This document shows, one piece after another, positions 24,601 to 38,811 of a stretch of 64,000 nucleotides of DNA. The DNA lies in the NCBI GenBank assembly GCA_003693705.1, contig RBZT01000435.1, positions 1-64,000 on the forward strand, given 5' to 3'. Numbering within the stretch: the first letter of the stretch is position 1; every line of letters begins with the position of its first letter. The position numbers were made by a program, and so were the translations under genes. The notes below the pieces were generated by a model. That model did no database searches, was not told the origin of the DNA, and worked only from the letters and a program-made list of their open reading frames with translations. Origin of the DNA: Polymyxa betae A26-41 (taxonomy: Eukaryota; Protista; Endomyxa: Phytomyxea).

Positions 24601-25254
24601 TGAGGCATCCGCCAGCGATCAAGATATCCCTATTGATGAAAACGTGGGTGTTTTGTTGGTTTCTTTTGAGAGTTGCTAAGTGTCTCGTAGGCTGTTCGGG
24701 ATAAGATCAAGCGAATGGTGGAAGAATTCGTCTCAATCGAAGATTACAAAGAAGTGATGCTGGCAATCGAAGATCTGCGTTGTCCGTCGCTGCATCATCT
24801 TATCGTTTCTGAAGGCTTGGCTATGGCTGCTGAGGGCAAGCCTAAGGACAGGGAGTTGATTCCCAAGATGCTTCTTCACATTTTTAACGGAGGAAGACTT
24901 TCAACCGACCAGATAGTCGCAGGCTTAAGCGAATTGCTTGAGCTTTTGGAAGACCTCGAGATTGATATTCCAAAGATCAGAGTGCACTTTGGTGAATTTA
25001 TCGCCAAGTTCATTCTTGAAAAGGCGTTGCCGATTTCGTACTTGTCAAGCGTCACTAGTTTCAAGCACATTCCTTTGAAGACTTTTCAATCGATTCAGTC
25101 ATTAGATGCCTCGGCGCTTCCAGATTTGATTCGAGAAGAGAATCTCGACTTACATGGCGTTTTATCGTCTTCCTTCGAACCGAAGGAAGGCTGTGGCCTG
25201 AGCTCATTCCTTTCAAATAACGGTCTCGAATCGCTTGTACAATGTTTACGGTAA
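21608..25254 (+). CDS. EIF4G: Translation initiation factor eIF4G (PAM2 motifs, eIF4E-binding motifs, MIF4G, MA3)
   Basis: VLNKLTPEKFDRL..FDKAVNE..FA.MY MIF4G; LTFIGHLF; FMLKDLVDLR.N.W; C-terminal MA3 (EDLEIDIPK). Confidence 0.9.
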
Positions 25255-25588
25255 TCGACTAATCGCATCCTGCTCATAGCATAATCCCCTCCAACCTATG
25301 CATCATTAAACTCCCAATTCATTTATCACAATTTTAGTTCTAAGAAAGATTGGAGCTATCACTATCTTGACCAGAAGCAGTCATGGGTCGGTGTGAAGCG
25401 GGTTGCTCCGCTGCCAGTGAGACATTTCACCGGCAACAGGCTCCCCACGGAAATCAGTTTATGTACGTACATACAAGTCGATTGATATGTAAAGTGTGCA
25501 CTAAGTCTGATACGCGTGGTTGCAACACATTCGTGGGGGACAACGACATTGTCACTTATCCGGCCTCCTCTTTCATTTTGGTATCATC

Positions 25589-27258
25589 ATGCGCTTATTG
25601 CTTCCCCTCTGCTTTCTGGGATCTTTGGCCCTTGTCAGTGCTGGGAGCTGGGGGCCTGAATCATCCCAACAATATTCTGGCTACTTTACGGTTAACACGA
25701 AACAAGATAATGGTGGGATGGTGAAGAGAAGCTTTACTCAACTTACTTGGATCTTAGGTGGTCATATATTCTACTGGATGTTCGAAAGTCGATCCAAGCC
25801 TGAAACCGATCCTGTGATCCTCTGGATGACTGGAGGGTAAACTGATAACTTTTGGAAACTTTCAAGCTACTAAAGCAATTATTAGGCCCGGTTGCAGCTC
25901 TCAACTTGCTGTCTTCTATGAAAACGGTTTGTGCTTTGGCTCCACTTAGCTCACTCAGTAAACATCTTGCCAGGACCATATGTCTTCAATTCTACTGGCG
26001 ACGTGGATATCAATCCTTATTCGTGGAATGAAGTTGCAAATGTCATTTATGTTGATCAGCCAGTAAGCTTGCCATTTTTGACCTCCGCCATTATGGTAAA
26101 AGAAGATTGATTGGTTTTAGGTCGGAACTGGATTCTCCTATGCCGACAACCACAGCGATTATGTCAAGAATGAAGATCAAGTTGGAGAAGACATGTACGA
26201 GTTTCTTCAGGCATTCTTTGATCTGTACCCTAAATTCAGAGATGCACCGTTCTTTGTTACTGGAGAATCCTACGCTGGGCATTACGTTCCAGCTGTAGCT
26301 AACCGAATTTGGAAAGGGAATCAGAATAACGAAGGGATAATGATTAACCTTGCTGGGGCGGCAATCGGCAACGGTTTCGTCAATGCCGAATTGCAGTATC
26401 CCGAGTATGTCAATTTTGCTAAGGATAACCATTTGGTTAAATCCGAATTTGCATTGGCAATTGTGGAGAAGGAGACGGAAATGTGCAAGAGCATGCTGCA
26501 TAACAAGCAGCAAGGCGCCATTCTCGAATGTGATCTAATTGTGACATCAGTACAGAAATTTGGCCACAATTTCAACGTTTATGATATTCGCAAAAAGGTT
26601 CTCTCATTTGATTCTTTTACTAACAAGCTGACCGCGTTGTTAGTGTGAAGGAGCTCTCTGCTACGACTTCTCTCCGTTGGATAAGCTGATGGGAAGAAAA
26701 GATTTCAGAGACGCTTTAAATGTTTCAGAAAAAGCTCATTGGACAGAATGCAACAAACTCGTTTATGCTGAGTTGGCTAATGACTGGATTCTGAAGTGTG
26801 ACAAATACCTTGTTTCCTTGTTAGACAATGGAGTTCCTGTTTTGGTATACTCTGGAGACCAAGACTTCATCTGCAACTACTATGGAGGTCGTGCATGGGT
26901 TAATGCTCTCAAGGTATTACAAGTTGCCTCATACGTCTAAAAATATTTATGAATGGTGCTCAGTGGTCTGGAGCCGAAGGATATAAGCAGCAAGATGAAA
27001 AGGATTTCATGCATAAGTCTCAAAAATCTGGGACCATTAGATCCTATGGCCCATTAACCTTCCTGGTTGTCAATGAGGCTGGGCATATGGTAAACTGCAA
27101 GGCCCAACTTCATTCGGCAGATAATGATGATTGTGTTTCAGGTCCCGATGGATCAGCCAGATGTATCTTTGAAGATGATTGATGCTTTCATCCATAATCA
27201 GCTTCCAACAAGTCTCATTTCATTATCTGTCGGAAAAGAATTTGTTTCTGTTGCCTAG
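25589..27258 (+). CDS. Secreted serine carboxypeptidase (peptidase S10)
   Basis: Signal peptide, [17 protein letters not shown]|[32 protein letters not shown]|VPMDQP. Confidence 0.95.
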
Positions 27259-27504
27259 TTTTTGTACTTTCCGTGTCGTTATCCCTTAGTTGCCATTTTA
27301 AACAGGATCGAAATAAAGCGTTAATCGTAAACATAGTGGCTTGCTAACCACGAATGATTGTGGACGTGATCGTCCGGAAAATAGGTCTGCAGTGTCACAG
27401 AGTAGAGAAGCTGTTGCTTAATCGGACTTTCAAAATAACGGAGTCGTTTAAGATTGTCTTGGCCCTTGCCATCGTCAATCGCTTAACTTCTCCGTAGCCA
27501 AAGC

Positions 27505-28829
27505 ATGTTGAAAGCCGTTGCTGGATATGGCATGCGGACGTATGAAAAAACGTTGTTGAAAGCGACATGGAACGATGACACACCGACCTCAGACGACCAT
27601 ATCGAATATCTGATACAGTACTCTCAAAGGCCAACTAGAGGCAATATCGCTTCTGCAATTCAGAATAGAATAACAGACCGAGTACAGTGGAAGGTGACAT
27701 TTATTAACCTCCTTTTAGTGAACAATACTAATGAAGTAAGTTAGGTCGTTTTAAAAGCGATTGGGTTGATCCATCGGTTGATTCGAGATGGTGACGAGTC
27801 TTTTACTAAAGATTTGCTCCATCTGCCTAAGCTATTCACAAACAAGGATTTTCTAGACCGATCGACTTCAGAGGCAGTAGCTGAATCCCAGTTCATAGTC
27901 CAGTATACACAGTACATGAGCCATAAGCTTCATATTTATGACGAGCTTGGGTACTGGATTGAGAGAAGGTTTCGTGAAAGCTCCTCTCCGATGGATTGGA
28001 TTAGCTCTTTACCAATTCAGGTCGGGACTAGATGCCTAACTTGTTTCAACTGACAGTGGCTCTAAACTTATATTAGGAGCTCCAGAGGATCTTCCCTCTA
28101 CTCATGGCATCATTCGATAAGTTAACAGGTTGCGAACCCAATGTCACCTTCGATTCCGTCCATCCGATTGAAGGCAAGGTGCTTCTAATGCTTCTAAAAG
28201 ACTCTTTGCGAGCGTATTCGTTTCTAACAATATCAATTTTCTACATGATTGGTATGCATAATCTCCTTCTAGTTGGTTAATTATTCATACGCTTTTAGAC
28301 AAGGTGGATCAGTTTGATACTTCTGTTTGTGAATGGATGATCACACAAATTGCTCACTTCACCAAACTCAATTCCAAGTATAAATCATGGGCCCAGAAGC
28401 TTGTTTCGCTGCATCTGGTGGAAACTCAGTATCTTCCAAATTTTGAAACAATACCGACTTCGACAATAGCAAACCTGCAAACTTTGCTGGTTGACAGGAG
28501 TCAACAAGCTGCCAAAAGCAAAGCCAGTAAGATCTGCACTGTTGGCGATCTGGGTGAAGCCTAATTTGATTACAGGAAGCCGAAGCGCCACTCCAAAAGG
28601 AAGGTCGGCAAACCGTACGCCAAAAAAAGCTGAACGACCTTCTACGAACGAGAAAGACCCGCTTTCAACTATCAATTCAGAATTCGATCTTCTTGGACTT
28701 GGCTCTTTTGAGACATCAAAAGCCGCTTCGAAAGGTCAAAGCTTTCATTCGTCTACACCGAATTCTAAAAGCCCCCGTGATAATCCGGCATTCGATGCGT
28801 TTGACTTCACAAACGCCACATATGAATGA
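27505..28829 (+). CDS. ANTH-domain clathrin assembly protein (AP180/CALM-like)
   Basis: LKAT..D, WK|VVLKAIGLIHRLIRDG, FI.QY.QY; low-complexity tail with DLL and FDAFDF motifs. Confidence 0.8.
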
Positions 28830-28861
28830 ATTACTCTTGGAATCCCAGCTTCAGTTTATTT

Positions 28862-30612
28862 CTAACCCTGCGATTCCCTCATCTCTCTGATTTCCAGAAG
28901 AATCCGACGCCGTTGGAAAGCACTTGCAATCCCCAATTCTTCCAGGTCTGCATCTTCCAATGACATTAGTAGCTTCCCTGTGCAATTGCATAAGTAAGAA
29001 TGTCGTTAGCCTTCTATTCCTAAGTAATTACCATCTATTTTTTGATCTCTTACACTTCGTAAAAAATCCTCCTTTAAGCGATCAGGCCAGTTCATTTCTT
29101 TTACCATTTCACAAACTTCATCCACAGTCATGGTTGCAGTCCTGCTTGTGCGATCTTCACCATCAGTATCTTTTCGATTTGTATGTGAATCATCGTTTTT
29201 GTCTTGAATGGAGGACAGAGTATTCGCTGAAGCTGGAACAACCCGCTTGGTTGCATCATTTAACTGAAAGTTTGTATCAAAGATTTCACGTAGACTGCCT
29301 CTTCTGCTGAACGTATCAGGCTCGTTTTCTATAGCCAGTTGAATCTTGGGAGGCTCCGGTAGCTTCGTTTGACGCATCTGGACAGGAATTTTCAGTGCAA
29401 TAGATTGCAGGAGTTCGCAAGCCCCTGAAACAAAGTCAATTAATTGCAAATTAACAGTAACTGCTACCAACTTGTCAATTTCGGATCAAGCCTTGCAGCT
29501 ATCTGCAAATCCTTCAGCCCTTGTTTAAAAGTGGATGGTTGTCGGCACCGAGCAGCACCGCGCAAGAACCACAGATGTCCTATGTCTTGCCATATATCGA
29601 TAGCTTTCGAGCAGTTCACAATGGCTGCTTCGTAATCACCAACAAGACAAGATATCGAAGCCCGAATCATGACGGCAATGGAAGAATCTGGAGACTCGAC
29701 ACTAGCTAGCTCTACAAAACAAATTTCAATGAAGAGGTGGCAACTTTCAATGGCAAGTCTCACCTAATACACGTTCCGAATCTTTGATAGCATCAGACAG
29801 ATTCCCCATATTTAAACTAGCGATTGCTCTTACTATCATGGCAGATGTCATCTTGCTATCCAAATCAATTGCAATTGTGGCTTGCCTGATCGCTTCGCTG
29901 GAGAAAATTCAACAGAAAAAATAATCAAATGATGAAATTCTTACCTGAACTGTTTCTGAGATTCCCGAACGACAGCCATTCCTGCAAAAACCTTGGCATC
30001 AGTAGAGTTAAGAACCTTGGATGCTTCAAAAATAGCCATCGCTTCATCAAATCGCTGCGCTTTGTTCAGGACTTGAGCACATTTAAATCTTAAACGTGCA
30101 TCGTTTGGATTCTTCCTCGTAGCCTGTACTAAATCATTTGCACTCGAGTTATAATCGCCAATTGTGTAGTAGGTGAAGCTTCTTCCAATGAGGCCAGCTA
30201 CTCCATCAGTATCAGCTTGAACGGCGAGATTCATATCAAATAACGACTCATTATATCTCCCGATCTCAGCCAGCGCTATACCTCGATTGACCAGAAAGGA
30301 TGCATTCGGTCTATCTGCAAAGGATTTATAATGAGTAACTATCGTTGAACAGAAGCTCACCGGATTCTTCAATAATTTCGTTGAAATCCAGGATCGCCAA
30401 GTTAACCTTTCCTAGACGCTTGTAAACCGCAGCTCTGGAAGCTAAAGCTGAATCTCGCTTCTCTTTACCCTACAACGGGACTCAGGAACGCGAAATAACG
30501 CTTCCTTATTACTTACCGGATTGCTATTCAGGAAAGTATTCAGATCAGCCAATGCTTCCGGGTAAAGGCCAGCCTGGTATTTCACTGACGCCGATTGCAA
30601 CAAAGCATCCAT
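28862..30612 (-). CDS. TPR-repeat protein with C-terminal SAM domain
   Basis: Multiple TPRs (NRGIALAEIGRYNES..D; GDYEAAI..CSKAI); SAM ..IDG|KLLMSLEDADLEELGIASAFQRRRIL. Confidence 0.75.
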
Positions 30613-30855
30613 CAGCAAAGCCAGTCAAAGTGAAGCTCTAAACAACCAAGTTGAATGTGTATGGCCCCATCTCTCTTCCCGAATCTTCTGGATTTTTGGA
30701 TGAGTAGAACTCGTTGCTTCCCATAGCTGGTCAAACACGTCGATATCGTCCGAAATCGCAGTCATCAGGCCGTCTTGACTTGGGAACTACGACGTTTGGA
30801 GACTAATAATGATAATGGAACTGTGATATAGTTGTATTCAGGGGGGTGGGATGAG

Positions 30856-30867
30856 GGGGTCATGGGG
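30856..30867 (-). promoter_or_regulatory. Candidate promoter motif CCCCANGACCCC
   Basis: In the divergent TPR-SAM/ABCC intergenic gap; recurs at 4515, 39133 and 44079. Confidence 0.5.
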
Positions 30868-31041
30868 TGAATGGGCTTGGCTCGTTACAAGTGTGGTAAC
30901 ATCATCACCGGCTGATCTGATAATGTAGTTGTGAGGGTTGTGGCGCCACGGTACTGACTGTAAGGTTCCTCCTGATCTGCGGTTCTCTGCCCTCTTCATT
31001 TGTCTAATTGCTGTTGGGGTGCAGACAGAGCTGGCGTCGTC

Positions 31042-34000
31042 ATGATGCGGCGATCACGATCAAATTCGCTGCCGTTCAGGTCAGCGCTTTGGGCAGTAGC
31101 GCTCGCTGCGATCAGCTGGCTGGCGATTTCGTTTGGGATCCTGTATGCCGCCGATATATTTCTGGCCTCTGCACCGGATTTGCTGGAAATGACTATCACT
31201 GCTTTCACCGTGTTTATTCTCTGGATGGTGCTCGTTTCTGTTTCTTTAAGGTTCCTGTGGAATCGATTTTCGGGCTGTGCTTCAGAAATTTCTAGCCCAC
31301 TGTTAGAGAGCGAAGAATCTGATTGTGATGGGGCTCAGTTACGATGGATCAGCTCTGGCTTTGCAGTGTTTGCAATTATTATCAACCTTATCTTTATAGC
31401 TTGGCAAGTCTCATTTATGTCTGAATCAGATTTTAGTTTTGCTTACCAGAAGAGCTCTGTGATGTTGAGAACTGCTTTAACCTGTGCTTTAATTGTGTTT
31501 AGCCCATTGTCAACATTCAGCCAGGGAGTTATTATGGCGGTAGTTCTCAATCAGTTCCTCTTAATCTTAGATATGTACACCCTTCGAGACATTTCGATTG
31601 CCTACGTTTTGCTAGCTTTTGCGAATTCGGCTTGCTTCATATTTACCAAGCTAGAGCAACTCATTCCTTCCAAAAAACTCAATGGTTTTGACGGTTCGAC
31701 CGTTTTTACAATGTATACTTTTTGGTGGGTTTACCCTTCACTTCTGAAATCCAAGACTCAGGGAAAATTAGATTTGAGCGATTTTCCGCAACTGTCTGCT
31801 CTGGATAATCCGAAGCTCCTGATTAACAAATTTCGCGACGTCTATCGCAGAATTCCTTCATGGATATCAAGATCTGTTAATCTTTTAGTTGCCACGAGTT
31901 ATTCTGTTCAGAAGTCGGTTTTCCTGTCATCATACTTCAATGGAATTGCCTTTTTATGTTGCATGTTTACCGATCCGATTCTGCTGTCAGCGCTTCTATC
32001 GCAACCTTCTTCTCGTACATCCTGGCTTTTGATGGTGGGCTTAACACTAAGTATGTTGGTTCGCGTTTCTTGTATGGAGGTTTCTTTCTTCTTATCTGCT
32101 AGAGTTGCGAACAATGTTCGAACGGTTATTTGCCAAGCTCTATTTTCTGCTTCCATTCGCAGCCGAAAAGTCTGCGACCCAGCGAAACTTGCCAACTTAA
32201 TGGCAACAGATGCCGATAAACTAGGCGAATGGCGGTGGGGAGTCTTTTTCCTAGCCCAATGGACATGGGCCGTTTTATCTCTGCCATTTGTTGTCTACTT
32301 TCTTCGCAAAGTCGTTGGAAATGGCGCCTTCTTAGGCATCACGTGTCTTCTCCTTACTGGTTTAGTGTCCTGGGCAATTGGCAAATATCTCACTGTACTG
32401 GGGTTTCGATTGCAGACCTGCAGGGATGAGCGAGCGCGTTGTTTACGGTCGTTTCTGGCGTCAGTGAAGATCATGAAGCTGGAGAATTTGCAATCTGTTT
32501 GGATAGACCGACTGGAAAACACACGCCAGCAAGAACTGCACCAACTAACCAAAATCAGATATGTAGGAGCTGCTTGTGACATGATCTGCTCATTTCTTTC
32601 TCTTTCTGTCCCTGTCTCGATGTTCGCCTGGAGAATCTGTATCGATAAGTTACCGCTGACGGCTGAAGCCGCATTTGTGTCTTTGGCATGGATTGCACAA
32701 ATGCAATGGTCGATCAGCACATTGCCTGCGATATACGGAGCTTGGTCTGCTCTTCAGCCGTCATTTGACCGGCTCGCAGTCGCAGTCCACGATGCTGAGG
32801 ACGCTCCGTCGTTGCCTCCTAAATCTTCCCCAACCATCGACAATCAGATGCTGAAAGGGTTGATTATCATCGTTGGACCCACCGGAAGCGGTAAATCGAC
32901 TCTTCTGGCTGATTTAGCTTCGAAGAAATGCGCAGCTTATGTTCGACAGCGTCCATTTCTGATGAACGGCACGGTTAGCGAAAATATTACATTCGGTTTG
33001 GATGTCGATCAGCACCAACTACAGAACGCTATTGAAAGAACTAATCTTGAGCTTGATATTCTGGCGTTGCCTAACGGATTGGAAACCCAGATTGGACCAA
33101 ACGGGGTGCAGTTATCTGGTGGACAGAAAGCCCGAGTTTGCCTAGCTCGGGCAATCTATGCGAATTCTGATTTGCTGCTTTTGGACGACATCTTTTCTGC
33201 CGTTGACAAAAGCACAGGATCTCATATTTGGAAGCACGTGGTCTGCCATCTAAAGCAAACCAACAAGACCGTCGTTTTAGTAACTCACGAGCTTCGGTTT
33301 CTGTCGTCACCGGTTGTTGACAATGTCATTTTGATGTGCGATGGACACATTGTTACTTCGGGTCCGTTCAGCTCTTTCAACAAAGAGATTTTGGAGGAAT
33401 ATTCAAAACATCTATCGCAACAGGACGCGAAGCAAGAAATGCAAGTTGAACGCAAACCTTTATCAACTGTTAGAAATTCAATTGAAGACACCGATGGCCC
33501 TAGCTTGAAAGAAACGTACAGGTTCTTCGAGAGACTGCTGAAGTTGCTTAAAGGGAAGGTTATCAGTGATTCTCTCATTTACGATCATATTCTGATCCAT
33601 CTGAAACCTGACTTCTCTGATTCTGAACAGTCGAGCAGAAATAAGGGGTTCATCTCTTTGAACGATCTTGCCATCTATTTTCGCGAGTTCGGATGGTTCT
33701 TCATTCCCGTGATTGTGTTAGCAGTTTGTGAAGCAGCTGCATCTGTATTGTCAAATGTTTGGCTGTCCACATGGTCAGGGCCATCGAGTATTGACAGCAA
33801 CAGGACACAAAAATACTTTCTTCTCATTTACTTTTTAATCGGAGTCTTCTATTTAGTGTTGGTATTTTTTCAAGCGCTTGTTAGAGCAAAATGCTCTTTA
33901 ATTGTGTCTCGCAAAATCCATCGTAAAATGATCACCCGCTTGGTCGAGGTAAACTTTTCTGGGTCGATTTCAACTGTCTGAAATTTCTGATAGGCCTCGC

Positions 34001-35524
34001 TATCGTTCTTCGATACGCATTCATCGGGAATGATTTTGAATCGGTTCTTGCAAGATCTCTCCGAGATAGATGGCTCGGTTCCAAGTTCATTATTCGAGCA
34101 AATATCCAGGTCGTTTGGTCTTGTTGTTCAGTTTATGTTGATAGCATCATATGCACCTATCGTGCTCACCATTCTTCCAATTATGATTCTCGTCTACGTC
34201 TCAATATTTCAGATGATCAGAACTGCAGTTCGTGATACAAGAAGGGTTGATGCAGAAGCAAAAAGCCCTGTCTATCAGCTGCTCCATGACGTTCTTGAAG
34301 GACGTGAAGTAATTCAATGTGCAAATGCAGAATCTCGATTCGAGACTATCAATCGCAATAAGGTTCATGACATGTCTACAGCAAGAATCGCAAATGAAGC
34401 TGTTACCAAATGGGCACAGGCTTTAACAACTCAGGTAATATGGAAATCATTTTGCCGTTATAAGAATTTCCTGAATCAATGTTAAGTCTAGTTGCATTCT
34501 TTACTTGCTGACTGGATGTCTCAGCTTGATGCTGGTCGACCGTGGAGAGATGAATTTGGGGCAGTTTGGTCTGGTGCTCTATTATGCAGCAGTTATTCAG
34601 CGAGGCATGATGGAATTCTTGAACGGGCTGACCAAAGTTGAGACAAACTTCGTTTCTGTGGAACGCATCGGGCAAATATTAAGAATTCCAGTTGAAGATG
34701 CACCAACCCAAGTTTGCGTTGACAAAGACCTTGACGGATGGCCAAGAAAAGGAAACCTGGAACTTAAGGATGTTGCTCTGCGATATGCCTTCAACAGATC
34801 AGAGGCATTAAAGGGTCTGACCATCCAGTTCCCCGCAGGTGTCAAAGTCGCCATAATTGGCAGGTAGCTTCGCTTCCGCTCTTTGTGCTGGTGTTTCAAC
34901 TAAATATTTCTCCATAGAACTGGATGTGGAAAAAGCTCGCTCGTATCAGCTCTAGCGTCTCTTTATCCGATTTCTCGAGGGTCCATTGAAGTGGATGACG
35001 TCAGTCTAGATCAGGTCCCACTTTCAATTGCGAGACAGGTTGTTCGTGTTATTCCGCAAGATCCTATTCTGTTTTCTGGTTCCATCCGTTCAAACATTGT
35101 CATCAACAAAGAAATTGCAGACAATATTATATGGTCCATTTTGAAAAAGACAAATCTGTCATCATTAATAAGTCGACTCGGTGGCCTTGATGCACAGTTA
35201 ATGCACGATGGTATAAATTTAAGTGCTGGCGAACGACAGCTGTTATGTATGGCGAGAGCTTTTGTCATGGGTATTCCTAAAATCCTGCTCTGTGACGAAC
35301 CTACATCCAACATTGACAGACATACCGGCACCATCATCACAGATCTGCTTCTTTCGCTGGATATAACGGTTCTAATGGTTATGCATCGTTTGGAGAGTTT
35401 GCACAAGTTTGATCGGGTGTTGCTCTTGGAAAATGGCAAGATTGCAGCTTATGGCGATACGAAGCAGTTATTAGGTGATCCAGACTCTCCTGTGAGAGTC
35501 TTCATTGATCAACAGCATGTATGA
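31042..35524 (+). CDS. ABCC/MRP-family ABC transporter
   Basis: TMD1, NBD1 (GPTGSGKST, LSGGQ, LLLDD), TMD2 (ILNRF..D), NBD2 (GR|TGCGKSS, LSAGERQLLCMARA, LCDE); only 3 apparent introns. Confidence 0.92.
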
Positions 35525-35608
35525 ATCATTGTTAAACACTGAATTGATTGACGAGACAAACATTGGACATGATAACAAGAGACTATTGGTTTCATGGATT
35601 TTGATTTA

Positions 35609-38600
35609 TTAGTTAGAAGTGTCAGGTTGTGGGGTTTTGTAAATCATGCGATTGCCACAGCGATGAACGACATGATCATTTTTGGACGACGGACCACGTT
35701 TGGCAGACAATTTGACAGGAATCAAATTTTGAGGATTGTTGACAACATAATACAAAGAAACGTCAACATGAACATTAAACTTTGGCCTAGCAGATAGCTG
35801 CTCGGTGCGCTTTTCTGACAGCACAACGTCTTGAGGAACAATGACACGTTGGGTCTCCATGGTTCTAGAGATAACGGGAGACTTCTTTGGATCCCAAAGC
35901 ACTTCGATCCGAGGGTGCATCGTCCTGCTTCCCGATTCGTGCTGCCGTATTCTCACCATAATACAGTCAAACAACCTCAAGGTAAAACACTGCCCCGTAG
36001 ACGTGATTTCAGCTTTTAGGCAAGTTCCTGAAGGGTTCAAATCTGCCTTGCAAAACAAATCTTGTGAAGGTCCATCATTTCCAAGACGCAGCCTACCATC
36101 GCTATGGATAAGGCCAAATGAGGCCTTTCGACCAAATTTAGGAATAAATATGCCAATCCGGTTGGACTTAGTAAATGATATAACAATGGCACTTGTGACA
36201 ATCTCGTTTCGACCAGATATAAAAAGAGCCCAGAACAAATCGGAGCAGTCACGTTGAGCCAATTTTGCTGAGCGATTGCGATCGTTGATGTGTTGGCAGA
36301 CAACGGCGAGACTTTCGGAAGACAGCATTTGTGTCCTCTCGTCGGCGATGGCGGATAATAGCAATCGATGTACAATAATATCAGCATAACGACGAATTGG
36401 AGATGTGAAATGTGTGTAGAATTCAGCTGCCAAACCGTAATGGCTGAATTGTGCAGGAGGTATTCCCGCCGAGCAAATGTACTGAGCCTCTGTTAGACAG
36501 CGAGCTGTAAACGATCTTACAACTTTAACTATCCATTCATTTCCAGCAGTCGACGAGAGCTTTCTCATCGAGTCTGCTAGCGACTTGTTCGAAGATGTAT
36601 CCAGTGAACCTCCTAACAATTTAACCATTTGCTGCAATTCGGCGAACTTGTGTGAATCCGGAGGTAGATGTCTACGAAGTAGGGATTGGGCAGAGTAGCA
36701 TTCCCAGATTCTGTGAGCGACCGCACTGTTTGCAGCTATCATCAGCTCGGCAACGATTGAATGGAATTCCAAATCTTCATGAAGTTCCATATCGATGTTC
36801 GACCTTCCATCTTGATCTTCAATGTTGAAATGAGCTTCGAAGCTGTCAATCTCCAGAGCGCCCTTGGAAATACGCTCAGAGCGTAACCAGCGTCCGATAC
36901 GTTGAAGGTTCTTTAAATCCGGCAGCATTTCAACGGCCGATGCATGACGGCCAGAAGGAGTCTTTCCTTGAACGATTGCTTCCGCTTCTGAGTACGAGAG
37001 TGCATATCGAGACCGAATAACAGAGCGCCCGAACCAATTCACTTTCATTTCGTTATTTTTGCTAAAAGTACATAAAACGCTGACCTAGAATTTGCAATAA
37101 GAACGATTCCCGAATTCGACGAACATTATCATACGGCCAGTCTATCAACGTTCTCATGAAGCGAGCAGAGATTCTCACTTAGAAGTTCCGGAATCATATT
37201 TAAACGTCGATCGCTGAGATAAACGGTTGTGGACCGGTTCAAGGCCTCCTTGTCCAGACGGGAGCCAGGCTTCAAGAAAGCGGTCACATCAGCTATATGA
37301 ACGCCGAATTCTAAGTCGCCATTCGGCAATTCTCGAACCGATAATGCATCGTCGATATCGACACATCCTCTACAGCAAAAGTTCAATATGAATTGACGAA
37401 ATTGAATGGTGATTGCATACGGTGGATCGATACTGCAAACACGAAGCGATTCACGAAAATCGCGACGATTTTCTAGATCTTTCTCCGAAACAGTCCAATC
37501 ATTAGCAGGAAGCTGATCGTACCAATTGGCATGAACATAGGGCTTCTGATGGATTCCATGCTCATTCAGGATCGCGTCCACTTCGACATCGATATCGCCG
37601 GATTCGCCCAAATACGACACGATATGGCCTTCCGGAAGGCGAGAAGTCTCCAACCATCTGTCTAATCTAACGACAAGCTTCTGATTAATCAGTTGATCGG
37701 CTTGTCGTGTGAACACCCGGATTCGCGGGATTCGCTTATCGATGGGAACGAAAAGCGGACGGCGATGATCGCCATCTTCGGCAGTGATCGTCCCAACGTA
37801 AGGGCGCCAGCAACGCTGCAGAATACCAACGACACGTCCGCACAATTCAGTGGCGCTTTCAAGCAAAACGTCATCATCGAGCTCTTCGTCTTCGTCGTCA
37901 TCAGACAATAAATGCGATTCGTAAAGAGGCTCCTCTGCGACGGGCTCATCAATCAGCTGGACAGCAACGACATCACCATCGATAGCTCGATTGAAATGAG
38001 CGGCGTCGATGATGACATCGACGGTTCCACAAGTGACGACAGCACTTCGGCGATGCTTCCGAACTTTGATGCGACCTTGCAGAATTTCGCATTTCCGAAG
38101 AGCGAGACGCATCTTCGATTCGGTCCAGTGCTCAGGGAAGATGGTCGCTTTTTCCGAAGCGGAAACATCCAGGACGGCTGGTTGAATGATCTCTTGCAGA
38201 GTGCGATCTGATGACTGAAATGTCTTCAGATATTCTTGAAGATCGCCAACAACTACGATGGGTTTCGTCACAAGTGGCTGCAAAGCTTCGCGAATCGCGC
38301 TGATGCTTTCAGCAGTGAAATGATCACGGGTTTGGTCAGGTAAGCGAGGCTTCCATACATCTGCATCAAAGACGTTTTCAACCGGGACGAATAGCGATTG
38401 CTGCTCTGTCGATATCGACTTCAACCAGAGATTTCGTGCCGACGACCACTGAACGCCATCGCCAAGAATGGCGAGTCCTTCGACAACGCTCCGGCAGAGC
38501 AGAACGACAGGCGGATCAGGCCATTGGTTGAGTTCTTCGAGAGCTGGCAGCAACGACAGCAGCGTCACCGAATCTGAGCTGATGTTCACGAGACTGACCG

Positions 38601-38811
38601 GGGACCGCCTCCAGCCTCCATACCACAAAGTATAATATGCGATGCATGCAGGGCATTGATTCGGAACGCCTGAGCTGTGACCAGCCCCGGCCTCAGGTAA
38701 GCTTCTCTGGCTAGACGGATAACCCGGCCGCGATGGTTTCGACGATGCCAGACGTAAAGACGAGTTTCTGGTAGACAGCTCATAATGAAATGGAATACGC
38801 AATCTTCTCAA
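35609..38811 (-). CDS. RNase II/RNB-family 3'-5' exoribonuclease, DIS3/DIS3L-like
   Basis: NRAIDGDVVAV, SIDPP|GCVDIDDALS, GVHIADV, STTVYL, ELMIAAN, HYGLA..YTHFTSPIRRYADIIVHR. Confidence 0.9.
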
